64,000 bases of DNA, taken from Planctomycetota bacterium. GTDB taxonomy: Bacteria; Planctomycetota; B15-G4; SIAN01. Below are positions 18,870 through 28,460 of the stretch, piece by piece. Location: the NCBI GenBank assembly GCA_031409275.1, contig JANNXA010000007.1:1-64000 (forward strand). The letters are read 5' to 3'. Position 1 is the first letter of the stretch. The number at the start of each line of letters is the position of its first letter. The translations under genes were made by a program, and so were the position numbers. A model generated the notes under the pieces. It worked only from the letters and a program-made list of their open reading frames with translations. It was not told the origin of the DNA and ran no database searches.

Positions 18870-20855
18870 TCAGATCCAGCGGTAGACGAGGCCCGGCACC
18901 GGTTCCGGCCGCCCGGTCAGCACCGCACCGGCGAACTGCCGCGCCTCACGCCGGATCAGGTCGGTCGCGCGCCGCGCCACTTCGAAGTGGACGTGGCCCG
19001 CGCCGAGCACCAGCAACGCCACGTCGGCCATGCCGACGAAGCGCGCTCCGTCGCCGCCGCCGCACAGCGGGGTTCCGGCGACGATCACCATCGACTTCGA
19101 TTCGCGCAGCGAAGCGAGCGCGTCCGGCAACGCCGCAAGCGGGCAGGCGGAGAGATCGAACAGGCTCACGCCCTTCGCCCCCTCGACCGCCTTGCCGCCA
19201 CGCAGGAGTGCCGCCGCGTCCATCTCGCCGCCACCGCGCAACGAGTCGGGTCGATCGCCGAGCAGCAGGAGCGCCACTTCGCGCTCACCGCCCGCGGCAG
19301 CGCGAGCCAACGCGGCGGCGAACGCAGCGGTTCCCTCGCGGCGCGAGGCGGCGGCGACATGCACCACGCGCGTCCCTTCACCCAACGTCGAATGGCGTTC
19401 AAGCGAAGCGAGCACGATTCGAGCGGCATCGCCCGTCATCGCGGCGCGGCGGCGGGCGCCATGCCACAGCCGCGGCCGGGCCACCGAGGCCAGCACCGGC
19501 ACCTGCAGCTTCTCCTCGACATCCTGCACCGTGACGACGCGACCGGCGAGCCATGCGCGCAACATCGCCGCAGTGATCGCGCCAGGCACTCCGAGCACGA
19601 TGCCGAGCAGCGCCAGGATGAACGCGTTGGGGAACCACGGCTTGGCGGGCATCGTCGGCCGTTCCAGCACGCGCACGCTGACGATGTTGTCGCTGTCCAT
19701 CTCCTGGAAGATGCGCTCTTCGTCGCTCTTCTGGCGGTAGAGGTCGTAGCTCGCATGCAGCTGCGCCTCTTCGCTGACCAGCGCGTCATATTCGGCGCGA
19801 CGTGTCTCCGCCTCGCGCAGCTCGACCCGCAGCTGCTTCTCGGCGTTGGCCAGCACGGTGCGCAGGCGGCCGAGCTGCTCGCGCAGGTCCTTCTGCGCGA
19901 TCGAGATCTGCGAGCGGACGCCCTCGACCTCGCGCGCCTCCGGTCCGAACTGGAGGCTCAGCGTGGCGAGCTGCAGTCGCAGATCGAGCAGGCGACGACG
20001 GCTATCGGCGACGATCGGGTTGTCGGCGACGCTGGCGCTGGCGAGTTCCTCGCTGCCTTCCGGCAGCTGATCGAGCGCGCGCGCCTGGCTCTCGGTGCTG
20101 GTCAGCTCCTGCATCAGCAGCGTGCGCTTGAGCGTCAGATCGCCACCGTCATGGTCGACGCGGAAAGCCGTGAGCTTCTGCACCACGACGTCGAGCTTCT
20201 CGCGGCAACGCTTGGTTTCGTCCTCGAAGAAGCCGAGCGCCTTGGGGTTGGAGTGCACCAGACGACGCTGCTTCAGGTAGGCGTCGACGAGGTAGTCGAC
20301 CGTCTTGAAAGCACCGGTGCGGCTGAAGCTGGTGAACTCGACCTCGACGACGTTGGTCATCGGCAGCGGCTCGGGCTCGATCTTCTCGCCGAGCGTCAGG
20401 ATCATGTTCTCGCGCTGCGAAAGGGTCGGCAGCAGCTTCACGCGGCGGCACCAATCCTGGAACCGCGTGATGAAGTTCTCGGAAGGCTCGCCCTGCTCGG
20501 CGATCAGCCGATCGACCGCCGCCTCCAGCACCGGACGGCTCATGAAGATCGAGATTTCCGAGTTCACCGTCTCGGGGGTGGTCGGAATGTTGCTGACCGG
20601 CGCCATGGTGATCGGAACGATCGACTGCGGCAGCAGCTCGCGGCCGGCCTTCACCAGGATGGTGGCGCGCGCCAGATAGATCGGCGGGAAGAAGTAGCCG
20701 ATCGCCAGCAGGACTCCGAAGAAGACCAGGAAGAACCACAACGCCGTGAAGCGGAACGCGAAGAGAGCGCGCACCACCTGACGGACCGAGTCGTTGCGAT
20801 TCTGGGGCGGATTGGGTTCGGCTTGCGACATGCGGCGCTCAGCGGTTGGGGTCAT
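18870..20855 (-). CDS. wzc: Polysaccharide co-polymerase (GumC/Wzc-like) with a degenerate kinase domain
   Basis: N-terminal TM, coiled-coil periplasmic region, Pro-rich PTMPAKPWFPN before the second TM, and VEEKLQVPVLA. Start is 20855 or 20831. Confidence 0.85.
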   Translation of the reverse strand: MTPTAERRMSQAEPNPPQNRNDSVRQVVRALFAFRFTALWFFLVFFGVLLAIGYFFPPIYLARATILVKAGRELLPQSIVPITMAPVSNIPTTPETVNSEISIFMSRPVLEAAVDRLIAEQGEPSENFITRFQDWCRRVKLLPTLSQRENMILTLGEKIEPEPLPMTNVVEVEFTSFSRTGAFKTVDYLVDAYLKQRRLVHSNPKALGFFEDETKRCREKLDVVVQKLTAFRVDHDGGDLTLKRTLLMQELTSTESQARALDQLPEGSEELASASVADNPIVADSRRRLLDLRLQLATLSLQFGPEAREVEGVRSQISIAQKDLREQLGRLRTVLANAEKQLRVELREAETRRAEYDALVSEEAQLHASYDLYRQKSDEERIFQEMDSDNIVSVRVLERPTMPAKPWFPNAFILALLGIVLGVPGAITAAMLRAWLAGRVVTVQDVEEKLQVPVLASVARPRLWHGARRRAAMTGDAARIVLASLERHSTLGEGTRVVHVAAASRREGTAAFAAALARAAAGGEREVALLLLGDRPDSLRGGGEMDAAALLRGGKAVEGAKGVSLFDLSACPLAALPDALASLRESKSMVIVAGTPLCGGGDGARFVGMADVALLVLGAGHVHFEVARRATDLIRREARQFAGAVLTGRPEPVPGLVYRWI

Positions 20856-21816
20856 CGAGTCGGTAGGTGAAGGTCAGGTTCGTCGGGATGTTCCGCCGCA
20901 CCCACTGATCGATCCACTCGTTCACGTCGCCGATGCCGGTGCGCATCACGACGACCGTGTCCTGCGGCTGCACGCGCACCTGAGCGAGGGTGCTGCCATG
21001 CAGGAGCGCCGTTTCGACGTCGTAGAGCCAGGCGCGCACTTCGCCGTCGACCGGCTCGCCGACCACCATGACCTCTTCGAGGTTGGCCACCGGCGTCTCG
21101 CCGCCCGCGTTGGCGATGGCGTCGATCAGCGTCGTCTCGCCGGAAAGCGCATAGCGGCCGGGACGGCTGACTTCGCCGACGACGGTGTAGTTGGCGCGCG
21201 TCAGGACTTTCGGCCGCACGGTCACTCGCAAGCTCGGCAGCTCGCTGGCGAGACGAGTGTTCAGGAGCTCCTCGACTTCGCGCGATGCCAGTCCGGCCAC
21301 CAGCGCATCGCCGACCACCGGCAGCGAGATGTGGCCGCCCGCTTCGACGGTCACCTCGCGCAGCGTGCCGGTCGGGTGGCGCAGCAGCATCTCGACGAAG
21401 CGATCCACCGCGACGTCGCCCTGCTCGAGGAAGACGGAGACGGACGGGTCGGGCAGGTGGCTGGCCAGCGCCGTCTGCAGCGCGGCGCGAAGCTCCTCGA
21501 TCGTGCGTCCAGACGCGGGCACCGAGCCGACGCGGTGGTAAGCGACGGTGCCGTCCGGCGCGAGCGTCGCGGACGACGTCATGTCCGGGTGGAGCTGCAC
21601 CTCGATGCGGACGCGGTCGCCGACGCCGAGGCGATACGTTTCCTTCAGCGTCGTGACGCGCGTGAACTCGACTTCGAGCACGTCGCCCGCCACGAGGGTG
21701 GTCGGGCGCGGCGGTGGGCGCGGCGCGGGCTGCTCGAACGCTTCGCCGATGGGCGGGGCGCCGCAGGTCGGGAGCAAGGCGAGGAGCGCGATCAGGAGCG
21801 AGGAAGAACGCTTCAC
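20839..21816 (-). CDS. wza: Polysaccharide export protein (Wza/OPX family) with SLBB domain
   Basis: YRLGVGDRV, PDGTV..VG...ASGRT, a second G.ISLPVVG module and VVGEVSRPG; lipoprotein-like signal from GTG 21816. Confidence 0.87.
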   Translation of the reverse strand: MKRSSSLLIALLALLPTCGAPPIGEAFEQPAPRPPPRPTTLVAGDVLEVEFTRVTTLKETYRLGVGDRVRIEVQLHPDMTSSATLAPDGTVAYHRVGSVPASGRTIEELRAALQTALASHLPDPSVSVFLEQGDVAVDRFVEMLLRHPTGTLREVTVEAGGHISLPVVGDALVAGLASREVEELLNTRLASELPSLRVTVRPKVLTRANYTVVGEVSRPGRYALSGETTLIDAIANAGGETPVANLEEVMVVGEPVDGEVRAWLYDVETALLHGSTLAQVRVQPQDTVVVMRTGIGDVNEWIDQWVRRNIPTNLTFTYRLDDPNR

Positions 21817-21895
21817 GGCGGCAGCTCTCACGTACGGAGGTCGAGTTCGCGGCAGCCCATTCCTGAACCGGAGGGCGTGGTACTGTAGCGCGCCC

Positions 21896-23206
21896 TTGAG
21901 CTTTCTGCGCGACGCAGCCCAGACCTTCGTATTGCAGGCTGCAGCGGCGGCGCTGCAGGTGATCGCGAATATTTTTCTCTCGCGCAAGCTCGGGCCCGAC
22001 GGCCGCGGCATCTACGAACTGCTGACGCTGCTGCCCACCATCGCCGTCTACGTGGCGAGCCTCGGCTTTGGCAACGCCGCCATGCGCTTCGCGGCCAAGG
22101 AACCACAGCGCGACGGGCAAGCCGCTGGCGCCTCGCTCCTGCTGGGAGCGCTCGGCGGCGTGGCGGTCAGCATCGCGCTGCTGCCTTTCTTCGAGCCGCT
22201 GCGTGCCTTCATCGGCGGCGGCTGCCCACCGGCGGCGCTCTGGCTCGCGCTCGCCGCGATCCCGGTCTTGACGCTCGAACTCCACTCCGGGTTGTTCCTG
22301 ACCGGGCAGCAGGCGATCCTCCAGAGCAACCTCGCCAAGACACTGCAGGTCGCGCTCGCGCTGGCCGGAACAGTGGCATTGGTCGCGCGCGACGCGCTGA
22401 CCCCCACCAGCGCGCTCGCGGTGTGGGCTGCGAGCTTCGCGCTTGGTGGTGCCGTCGCGTGGAAATGGTCGCTGGCACGTCTGCGGGCACCGCTCGGGTT
22501 GGCGGCCGACCTCATGCGGGACGGGCTCGCGTTCGGGCTGCGCTTCTTCGGCGGCAACCTCGCGCTGTTCCTGCTGTTCCGCATCGACCTCTGGTTCGTT
22601 CGCGCCTTTCGCGAACTCAGTGAAGTCGGCATCTACGGCCAGGCCACCAAGCTGGCGATCCTCTACCAGATGTCGGCACGCGCCATCGAGCGCGCCTTCG
22701 TGCCGCGCGTCCTGAAAGTCGACGGCGCCACCGCCACGGAACTGACCACGCGCACGACGCGCTGCTTCCTGATCGTGATGGGCGGCGCCGCGCTGGCGCT
22801 CGGGCTCGCCGCGTTCCCGCTGGTGCCGCTCCTGTTCGGGCCGCAGTTCGCTCCGGCAGCCGGGCAACTGGCCTGGCTGCTGCCCGGCATCGTCGTGGCG
22901 AACGTCGGCATCCTCGCCAACGGCGACCTGATGAGCCGCGGCCTGCCCAGCGCCGGGTCGTTGGCCGCCATCGTCTGCCTGGCCGCCAACGTCGCGGTGA
23001 ACCTGTGGGCGATCCCTCGCTTCGGCGCCGACGGTGCCGCCGCCAGCAGCGGCGCCTGCTACACCGCCTATGGACTGTTGATGGCGCGCCACTACGCCAG
23101 GTGCACTGGCGCCCGCGTCCGTGACCTGCTGCTGCCTCGCCGCGCCGACTTCGCGGCGGTGCGGTCGATGGTTCAGCGCTTTCGAGACCGCAAGAGCGCC
23201 TCGTAG
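21896..23206 (+). CDS. wzx: Wzx-type flippase (MOP superfamily)
   Basis: RKLGPDGRGIY, RIDLWFV, EVGIY and IPRFGADGAA motifs; about 12 TM segments; TTG start inferred. Confidence 0.85.
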   Translation: MSFLRDAAQTFVLQAAAAALQVIANIFLSRKLGPDGRGIYELLTLLPTIAVYVASLGFGNAAMRFAAKEPQRDGQAAGASLLLGALGGVAVSIALLPFFEPLRAFIGGGCPPAALWLALAAIPVLTLELHSGLFLTGQQAILQSNLAKTLQVALALAGTVALVARDALTPTSALAVWAASFALGGAVAWKWSLARLRAPLGLAADLMRDGLAFGLRFFGGNLALFLLFRIDLWFVRAFRELSEVGIYGQATKLAILYQMSARAIERAFVPRVLKVDGATATELTTRTTRCFLIVMGGAALALGLAAFPLVPLLFGPQFAPAAGQLAWLLPGIVVANVGILANGDLMSRGLPSAGSLAAIVCLAANVAVNLWAIPRFGADGAAASSGACYTAYGLLMARHYARCTGARVRDLLLPRRADFAAVRSMVQRFRDRKSAS

Positions 23207-24363
23207 AGCGCCAGCGTCGCTTCGCGCGCACGGGCGATCTCGAAACGCTGGGCGGCGGGGCGGCCGGCAACGCCGAAGGCGCGTCGGCGCGCGGGGTCAT
23301 TCAGCAACACCAGCAGCGCGTCAGCGAACGCAGCGACGTCGCCGTGCGGCACCAGCAGACCGGTGCGGCCGTCGTCGACGACCTCCTCGATGCCGCTCAC
23401 TTTGAAGGCCACGACGGGCACTTCCTGATCGAGCGCCTCGGCGGCCGCGAGGCCAAGTCCCTCGTAGCGCGTGCCGGTCACGAAGAGGTCGGCGAGCCCG
23501 AGCAGCGAGTCGACGTCGTTGCGCATGCCCAGCAGCAGCGCGCGCCCCTGAAGCCCGAGCCGCTCGATCTGCGTTTCGAGCGCGGGACGCTCCGGACCGT
23601 CGCCGGCGAGCAGCAGGCGCGTTCGCGGGCGGCGCGCGAGGAGCCGCGCGAACGCCTCGAGGACGTGGTGGAACCCCTTGTTCTCCACCAGACGACCGAC
23701 GCCCACCACCACAGCGTCGGCGTCGCCCAACAGCGCCGCGTGCCGGCGTCGCCACTCCGCACGCTGCGCGAGCGTGGGCAGCGGACGCGACTCGAACCCG
23801 GAGCGAATCAGGTGGATGCGCGCTGGATCGACGCCGGGCACCTTCGCGATCTCGCGGACGACCTCACTGCCGACCGCGATGAAGGCGTCGGCACGCCGCC
23901 AGAGCCGCGCCTGCACGAAGCGGCGCAACTTCGCGCGCAGGTCGGAAGCGCCGCGCTCCTGCGGCAGCAGGTGGGGATCGTGGCAAGTGATGACGACCGG
24001 AACGCGCAGCTGCCGGCCCACCCGCAAGCCGAGCCAGTCGGCGTCCGAGAGGTGGGTCTGCACCAACGCGACGCCATGGCGACGAGCGGCCGCAAGGGTT
24101 CCCTGCTCGAGGCGACGCGCATCGCGTAGCGCCGCAAGCGGACGGCGGATCGGCGCGCGCTGGATCGCCAGCACCTCGACCGGCACGTGAGCCGCGCGCA
24201 GCCGCTCCTCCACCGGGCCGCCGCGGTGCATCGCGACGACCAACGGCCGCGTCGGTCCCGCCTCGAATCCGGTGACGAGCCGCGCCACGTGCAGCTCGGC
24301 GCCGCCCATCGAAAGGGTCGGCAGCAGGTGGAGGACGCCGTAGCAGCCCTTTGGAGAAGTCAC
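23173..24363 (-). CDS. Glycosyltransferase family 4
   Basis: MGGAE, GRLVENKG, GDGPER and YEGLGLAAAEA motifs. Start uncertain (24363-24405). Confidence 0.9.
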   Translation of the reverse strand: MTSPKGCYGVLHLLPTLSMGGAELHVARLVTGFEAGPTRPLVVAMHRGGPVEERLRAAHVPVEVLAIQRAPIRRPLAALRDARRLEQGTLAAARRHGVALVQTHLSDADWLGLRVGRQLRVPVVITCHDPHLLPQERGASDLRAKLRRFVQARLWRRADAFIAVGSEVVREIAKVPGVDPARIHLIRSGFESRPLPTLAQRAEWRRRHAALLGDADAVVVGVGRLVENKGFHHVLEAFARLLARRPRTRLLLAGDGPERPALETQIERLGLQGRALLLGMRNDVDSLLGLADLFVTGTRYEGLGLAAAEALDQEVPVVAFKVSGIEEVVDDGRTGLLVPHGDVAAFADALLVLLNDPARRRAFGVAGRPAAQRFEIARAREATLALYEALLRSRKR

Positions 24364-24483
24364 CGCGAGTCCGGCGAGTGGATTTCGATTGCGGCCACGC
24401 GCCACGAATTACCACGCGCGACGCGAAACGGCGCGCGGACGGTGGCGCCAGGTCGCGGCGCCGCGTCTGGTAGCGTCGCCGCG

Positions 24484-25632
24484 ATGAATCCGTCGGGCCC
24501 CATCGGCGTCCTGTTCGTCAACACCGACCTGCGCGTGGGCGGGCAAGAACGCGTGCTGATCGAGGTGCTGCGCGGGCTCGATCGTGGCCGGGTGCGACCC
24601 GTCGTGGCGTGCCTCAAGGAGGAAGGCGAGCTCGGCCCGCAGGTGCGCGCCGCCGGCGTGCCGCTCTACGCGAACCTGCTGTCGCACAAGCTCGACCTGC
24701 GCGTGCTGCCGCGGCTGATCGGGCTGGTGCGGCGCGAGCGGATCGAAGTCGTCTGCACCATCGGCTCCGGCGACAAGATGTTCTGGGGTCGCCTGGCCGG
24801 AAAACTCGGCGGCGCGAAGGGGCTGGTCTGCGAGATCCACAAGACGCTCGATGCGCAGGGGCGGCGCGTCATCGAGCCGATGAACCGGCTGCTGACGCCG
24901 ATCACCGATGCCTTCATCGCCGTCGCGCACGGCGCCGCCGACTACCTCGAACAGCACGAGGGCGTGCCGCGCCGCAAGCTGGTCGTCATCGCGAACGGCG
25001 TGGACGTCGAGCGTTTCGCCGGCGCCGGCCGCGCGGAGATGCGCGCCGAGCTGCGCCTTGCCGACGACGAGGTGGCGCTGGTCCACGTCGCGGTGTTTCG
25101 GCCCGAGAAAGGGCACACGGTGCTGCTGCGGGCGTTGCGCCGCGTCCTGGACCGCGGCACGCGAATGCGGCTGCTGCTGGTGGGTGATGGCCCCGAGCGT
25201 GACACGATCGAACGCACCGTCGCCGAGCTCGCGCTGCGCGACGCCGTGACGCTGCTGGGGAAGCGCGGGGACGTTGAACGGGTGCTGGCGGCCGGCGACC
25301 TCGTCGTGCTGTCGTCGTTCGATCGCGTCGAGACCTTCCCCATGTCGCTGCTGGAAGGGATGGCGAGCGGGCTGCCGGTGGTGGCGACGCGAGTCGGCAG
25401 CGTCGCCGAGATGGTCAGCGAGGGCGAGAACGGCTTCCTCGTCGCGCCCGGAGACGACGCGGCATTCGCCGAAGCGCTGTCGCTGTTGGCAGAAGATCCG
25501 TCGCTACGGCTTAAGTTCGGAAAACGATCACAAGAGCGGGTGCGGTCGGAATTCCCCCGAGAGAAGATGGTGAAAGAGCGACAAGCGCTCTTCGAAAAGG
25601 TCGCAAAGCGAGTATTGCAGCGCCGTGCGTGA
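24484..25632 (+). CDS. Glycosyltransferase family 4
   Basis: VGGQE, FRPEKGH, GDGPER and ETFPMSLLEGMASG motifs. Confidence 0.92.
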   Translation: MNPSGPIGVLFVNTDLRVGGQERVLIEVLRGLDRGRVRPVVACLKEEGELGPQVRAAGVPLYANLLSHKLDLRVLPRLIGLVRRERIEVVCTIGSGDKMFWGRLAGKLGGAKGLVCEIHKTLDAQGRRVIEPMNRLLTPITDAFIAVAHGAADYLEQHEGVPRRKLVVIANGVDVERFAGAGRAEMRAELRLADDEVALVHVAVFRPEKGHTVLLRALRRVLDRGTRMRLLLVGDGPERDTIERTVAELALRDAVTLLGKRGDVERVLAAGDLVVLSSFDRVETFPMSLLEGMASGLPVVATRVGSVAEMVSEGENGFLVAPGDDAAFAEALSLLAEDPSLRLKFGKRSQERVRSEFPREKMVKERQALFEKVAKRVLQRRA

Positions 25633-25794
25633 CGTCGGGGATCCGATCGCACTTCACCGTCCGTGACCTCAACGGTCGACGAGCGCGTTCGCCGCGACGA
25701 TTTTCACGGGCCGAAGCCACAGAGAATCACGTTCGTGTGCGAGAACTAGCGCCGCCTTGACCGCCGACCGCTCCAACGCCAGCCAACCTCCACC

Positions 25795-27234
25795 ATGCTC
25801 CGCGAACACCGCCTCTTCATCCGCCGCGTCCTCGTCTACGTGCACATCGCGATCTCGGCGATCAGCTACGCGGCCTCGATGGCGCTGCGCCAGAAGATCC
25901 GGATCCCCGAGCACGAGTTCCGCTTCGACGAGTGGACGCACGTGATCCTGGCGGGCAGCGGCATCGTGCTGCTGGCGTTCCTGCACACCGTCTTCGGCCT
26001 CTACCAGAGCAACCGACTCCACGGCTACTTCGCGGAAGCGCGCCGCATCTTCTTCGCGCACGTGCTCACGTTCGGTTCGCTGCTCGCGATCGCGGCCGGC
26101 CTGCGACTCGACCTGACCAACCGTCTGCAGCTCGGTCTCTTCATCGCGATCAACGCGACCAGCCTGTTGGTGCTGCAGCTGGCGATCCGCGGCGCCGCGA
26201 TGATGACGCGCCGTCGCGGCTACAACTTCCGCCACCTGTTGGTGGTGGCGCACGACGCGCCGGTGATCGAGGCGATCGCGCGCAGCGTGAAGGCGCATGC
26301 CTGGTGGGGACTCAAGATCGTCGGCGTGGCCATCCCGCCCCGAGAGGGCGACGCGCGCGAGGCGCTGAAAGCAGTCGTCCCGAATGACGCCGAGATCGTC
26401 GACGCCGCCGATGCCGAGCGCTTCCTCGATCGCCAGCCCGTCGACGAGATCTGGATCGAGTCGCTGCCCTCCGACACGTCGCCGCAATGGGCGCTCGCCC
26501 ATGCTGCCGCGATGCGCGGAATCTCGGTGCGCTGCATCCTCCCGCACGATCTCTTCTTCGGTGCGCGCTGGAGCCTCGAGAGCTTCGGCGGCATGACGAC
26601 GCTCACCGCGACGCGCGTGCCGCTCGACGAGTTCGCGCTGGCGCTGAAGCGCCCGTTCGACCTCGCGGTGGCGACCCTCGCGCTGCTGATCACCGGGCCG
26701 ATCATGTTGCTGGCCGCGCTGGCCGTGGTCCTCACCAGCGGCTTCCCGATCCTGTTCCGCCAGCAACGCGTCGGCCTCAATGGCCGCACCTTCACGCTCT
26801 TCAAGTTCCGCACGATGCATCGCGACGCCGAGGCGCGCCTCGCCGAGCTGCGTACCCACAACGAGATGCAGGGCCCCGTCTTCAAGATGAAGGACGACCC
26901 GCGCATCACGCCCATCGGCCGCTGGCTGCGACGCCTTTCGATCGACGAGTTGCCGCAGCTGTTCAACGTCATGCGCGGCGAGATGAGCGCGGTCGGTCCG
27001 CGGCCGCCGCTGCCCAGCGAAGTGAACGTCTACGCGCCCGATCAACGCCGCCGCCTGTCGGTTCGCCCCGGCATCACGGGGTTGTGGCAGGTCACCGGCC
27101 GCAACGAGATCTCGAGCTTCGACCGTTGGGTCGCGCTCGACCTCGAATACATCGATCGCTGGTCCATCTGGCTCGACCTCGAGATCCTCGCGCGCACGAT
27201 TCCTGCGGTCCTCTTCGCGAAGGGCGCTCGATGA
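25795..27234 (+). CDS. Polyprenyl-phosphate priming sugar transferase (WcaJ/WbaP family)
   Basis: Four N-terminal TM segments, then KRPFD, KFRTM, DDPRIT, SIDELPQL, VGPRP and PGITGLWQV. Confidence 0.93.
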   Translation: MLREHRLFIRRVLVYVHIAISAISYAASMALRQKIRIPEHEFRFDEWTHVILAGSGIVLLAFLHTVFGLYQSNRLHGYFAEARRIFFAHVLTFGSLLAIAAGLRLDLTNRLQLGLFIAINATSLLVLQLAIRGAAMMTRRRGYNFRHLLVVAHDAPVIEAIARSVKAHAWWGLKIVGVAIPPREGDAREALKAVVPNDAEIVDAADAERFLDRQPVDEIWIESLPSDTSPQWALAHAAAMRGISVRCILPHDLFFGARWSLESFGGMTTLTATRVPLDEFALALKRPFDLAVATLALLITGPIMLLAALAVVLTSGFPILFRQQRVGLNGRTFTLFKFRTMHRDAEARLAELRTHNEMQGPVFKMKDDPRITPIGRWLRRLSIDELPQLFNVMRGEMSAVGPRPPLPSEVNVYAPDQRRRLSVRPGITGLWQVTGRNEISSFDRWVALDLEYIDRWSIWLDLEILARTIPAVLFAKGAR

Positions 27235-28460
27235 CGGCGGGACCGCGACCGCGACGTGCGACGATCCTCGTCCAGAACCTGCCGGTCCCGCTCGATCGCC
27301 GCGTCTGGTCGGAAGCGTGCGCCCTGCGCGATGCCGGCTGGCGCATCAGCATCGTCGCGCATCGCGGCGAGGGGCAGCGCTGGCACGAGGAGCTCGAAGG
27401 CATCGAGTGCTGCCGCTATCCCGCGCCACCGCAGGCGCGTGGCGCTCTGGGCTACGCGCTCGAGTTCGGCTGGTGCTGGCTGCTGAGCCTGCTGTGGTGC
27501 CTGCGGCTGCTGGCGACACGCGGGATCGATGTGCTGCACGCCTGCAACCCGCCTGACACCTTCTTCGGTATCGCGCTCCTGCTGCGTCCGTTCGGCGTGC
27601 GTTTCCTCTTCGATCAGCACGACCTCTGCCCCGAGCTGCTGCGCGCGAAGCTCGGCGCCGCGGCCGAAGGATCGTTCTTCCTGCGCGCGATCCTGTGGCT
27701 CGAGCGGAGGACCTATCGAGCGGCGCGAGTCGTCGTCTCGCCCAACGGCAGCTACGCCGACATCGCGCGCACGCGCGGCGGCAAGGCCGCCGACTCGGTC
27801 TTCGTGGTGCGCTCCGCCCCGCCGCGCGAGCGGTTCGTCCCGGCGTCCCCCGATCCGGCGCGCGACGCGCGCTGGCGCCGCGGTCGCCGCCATCTGATCG
27901 GTTACATCGGCGTGATGGGCAAGCAGGATGGCGTCGAGCTGCTGCTCGAAGCGGCGGCGGCGTTGGTCCATGGCGACGCGGGCGGTGGCGCTCGCGACGA
28001 CGTCGGCTTCGTGCTGATCGGCGATGGCGACGAGTACGCCGCCTTGCGCGCCCAGGCGACGCGACTGCGACTGGACGACCACGTCGAGTTCACCGGCCGT
28101 GTCCATGACCTCGCGACGATCGGCGCGGCGCTCGGCGCATGCGACGTCTGCGCCTGCCCCGATCCGAAGAACGCGTTCAACGACCTCTCGTCGATGAACA
28201 AGATCGTCGAGTACATGGCGCTCGGCAAGGCGGTCGTCGGATTCGACTTGCGCGAGAGCGTGCGCACGCTCGCGGGCGGTGGCACGTTGGTGGCCGACGG
28301 CCGACCGGCCGCGCTGGCGGCCGGGCTGCGCGAGCTGCTCGACGACCCGGCGCGACGCGAGGCGCTCGGACAGCAGAACCGCCGGCGCTTCGAGCAGGAG
28401 CTCTGTTGGGAACAGCAGATCGTCGCGCTGCGCGCCGCCTACGAGCGAGCGACCGCGTGA
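27231..28460 (+). CDS. Glycosyltransferase family 4 (WbuB-like)
   Basis: QNLPVPLDRRVW, HACNPPD, DQHDLCPE, QDGV and NKIVEYMALG motifs; ATGA overlap with the upstream gene. Confidence 0.9.
   Translation: MTAGPRPRRATILVQNLPVPLDRRVWSEACALRDAGWRISIVAHRGEGQRWHEELEGIECCRYPAPPQARGALGYALEFGWCWLLSLLWCLRLLATRGIDVLHACNPPDTFFGIALLLRPFGVRFLFDQHDLCPELLRAKLGAAAEGSFFLRAILWLERRTYRAARVVVSPNGSYADIARTRGGKAADSVFVVRSAPPRERFVPASPDPARDARWRRGRRHLIGYIGVMGKQDGVELLLEAAAALVHGDAGGGARDDVGFVLIGDGDEYAALRAQATRLRLDDHVEFTGRVHDLATIGAALGACDVCACPDPKNAFNDLSSMNKIVEYMALGKAVVGFDLRESVRTLAGGGTLVADGRPAALAAGLRELLDDPARREALGQQNRRRFEQELCWEQQIVALRAAYERATA

Noticed and set aside
24460..24480. ops/JUMPStart element in the EPS locus
   Set aside because: CTGGTAGCGT only partly matches GGCGGTAG and is better explained as a -10 hexamer.
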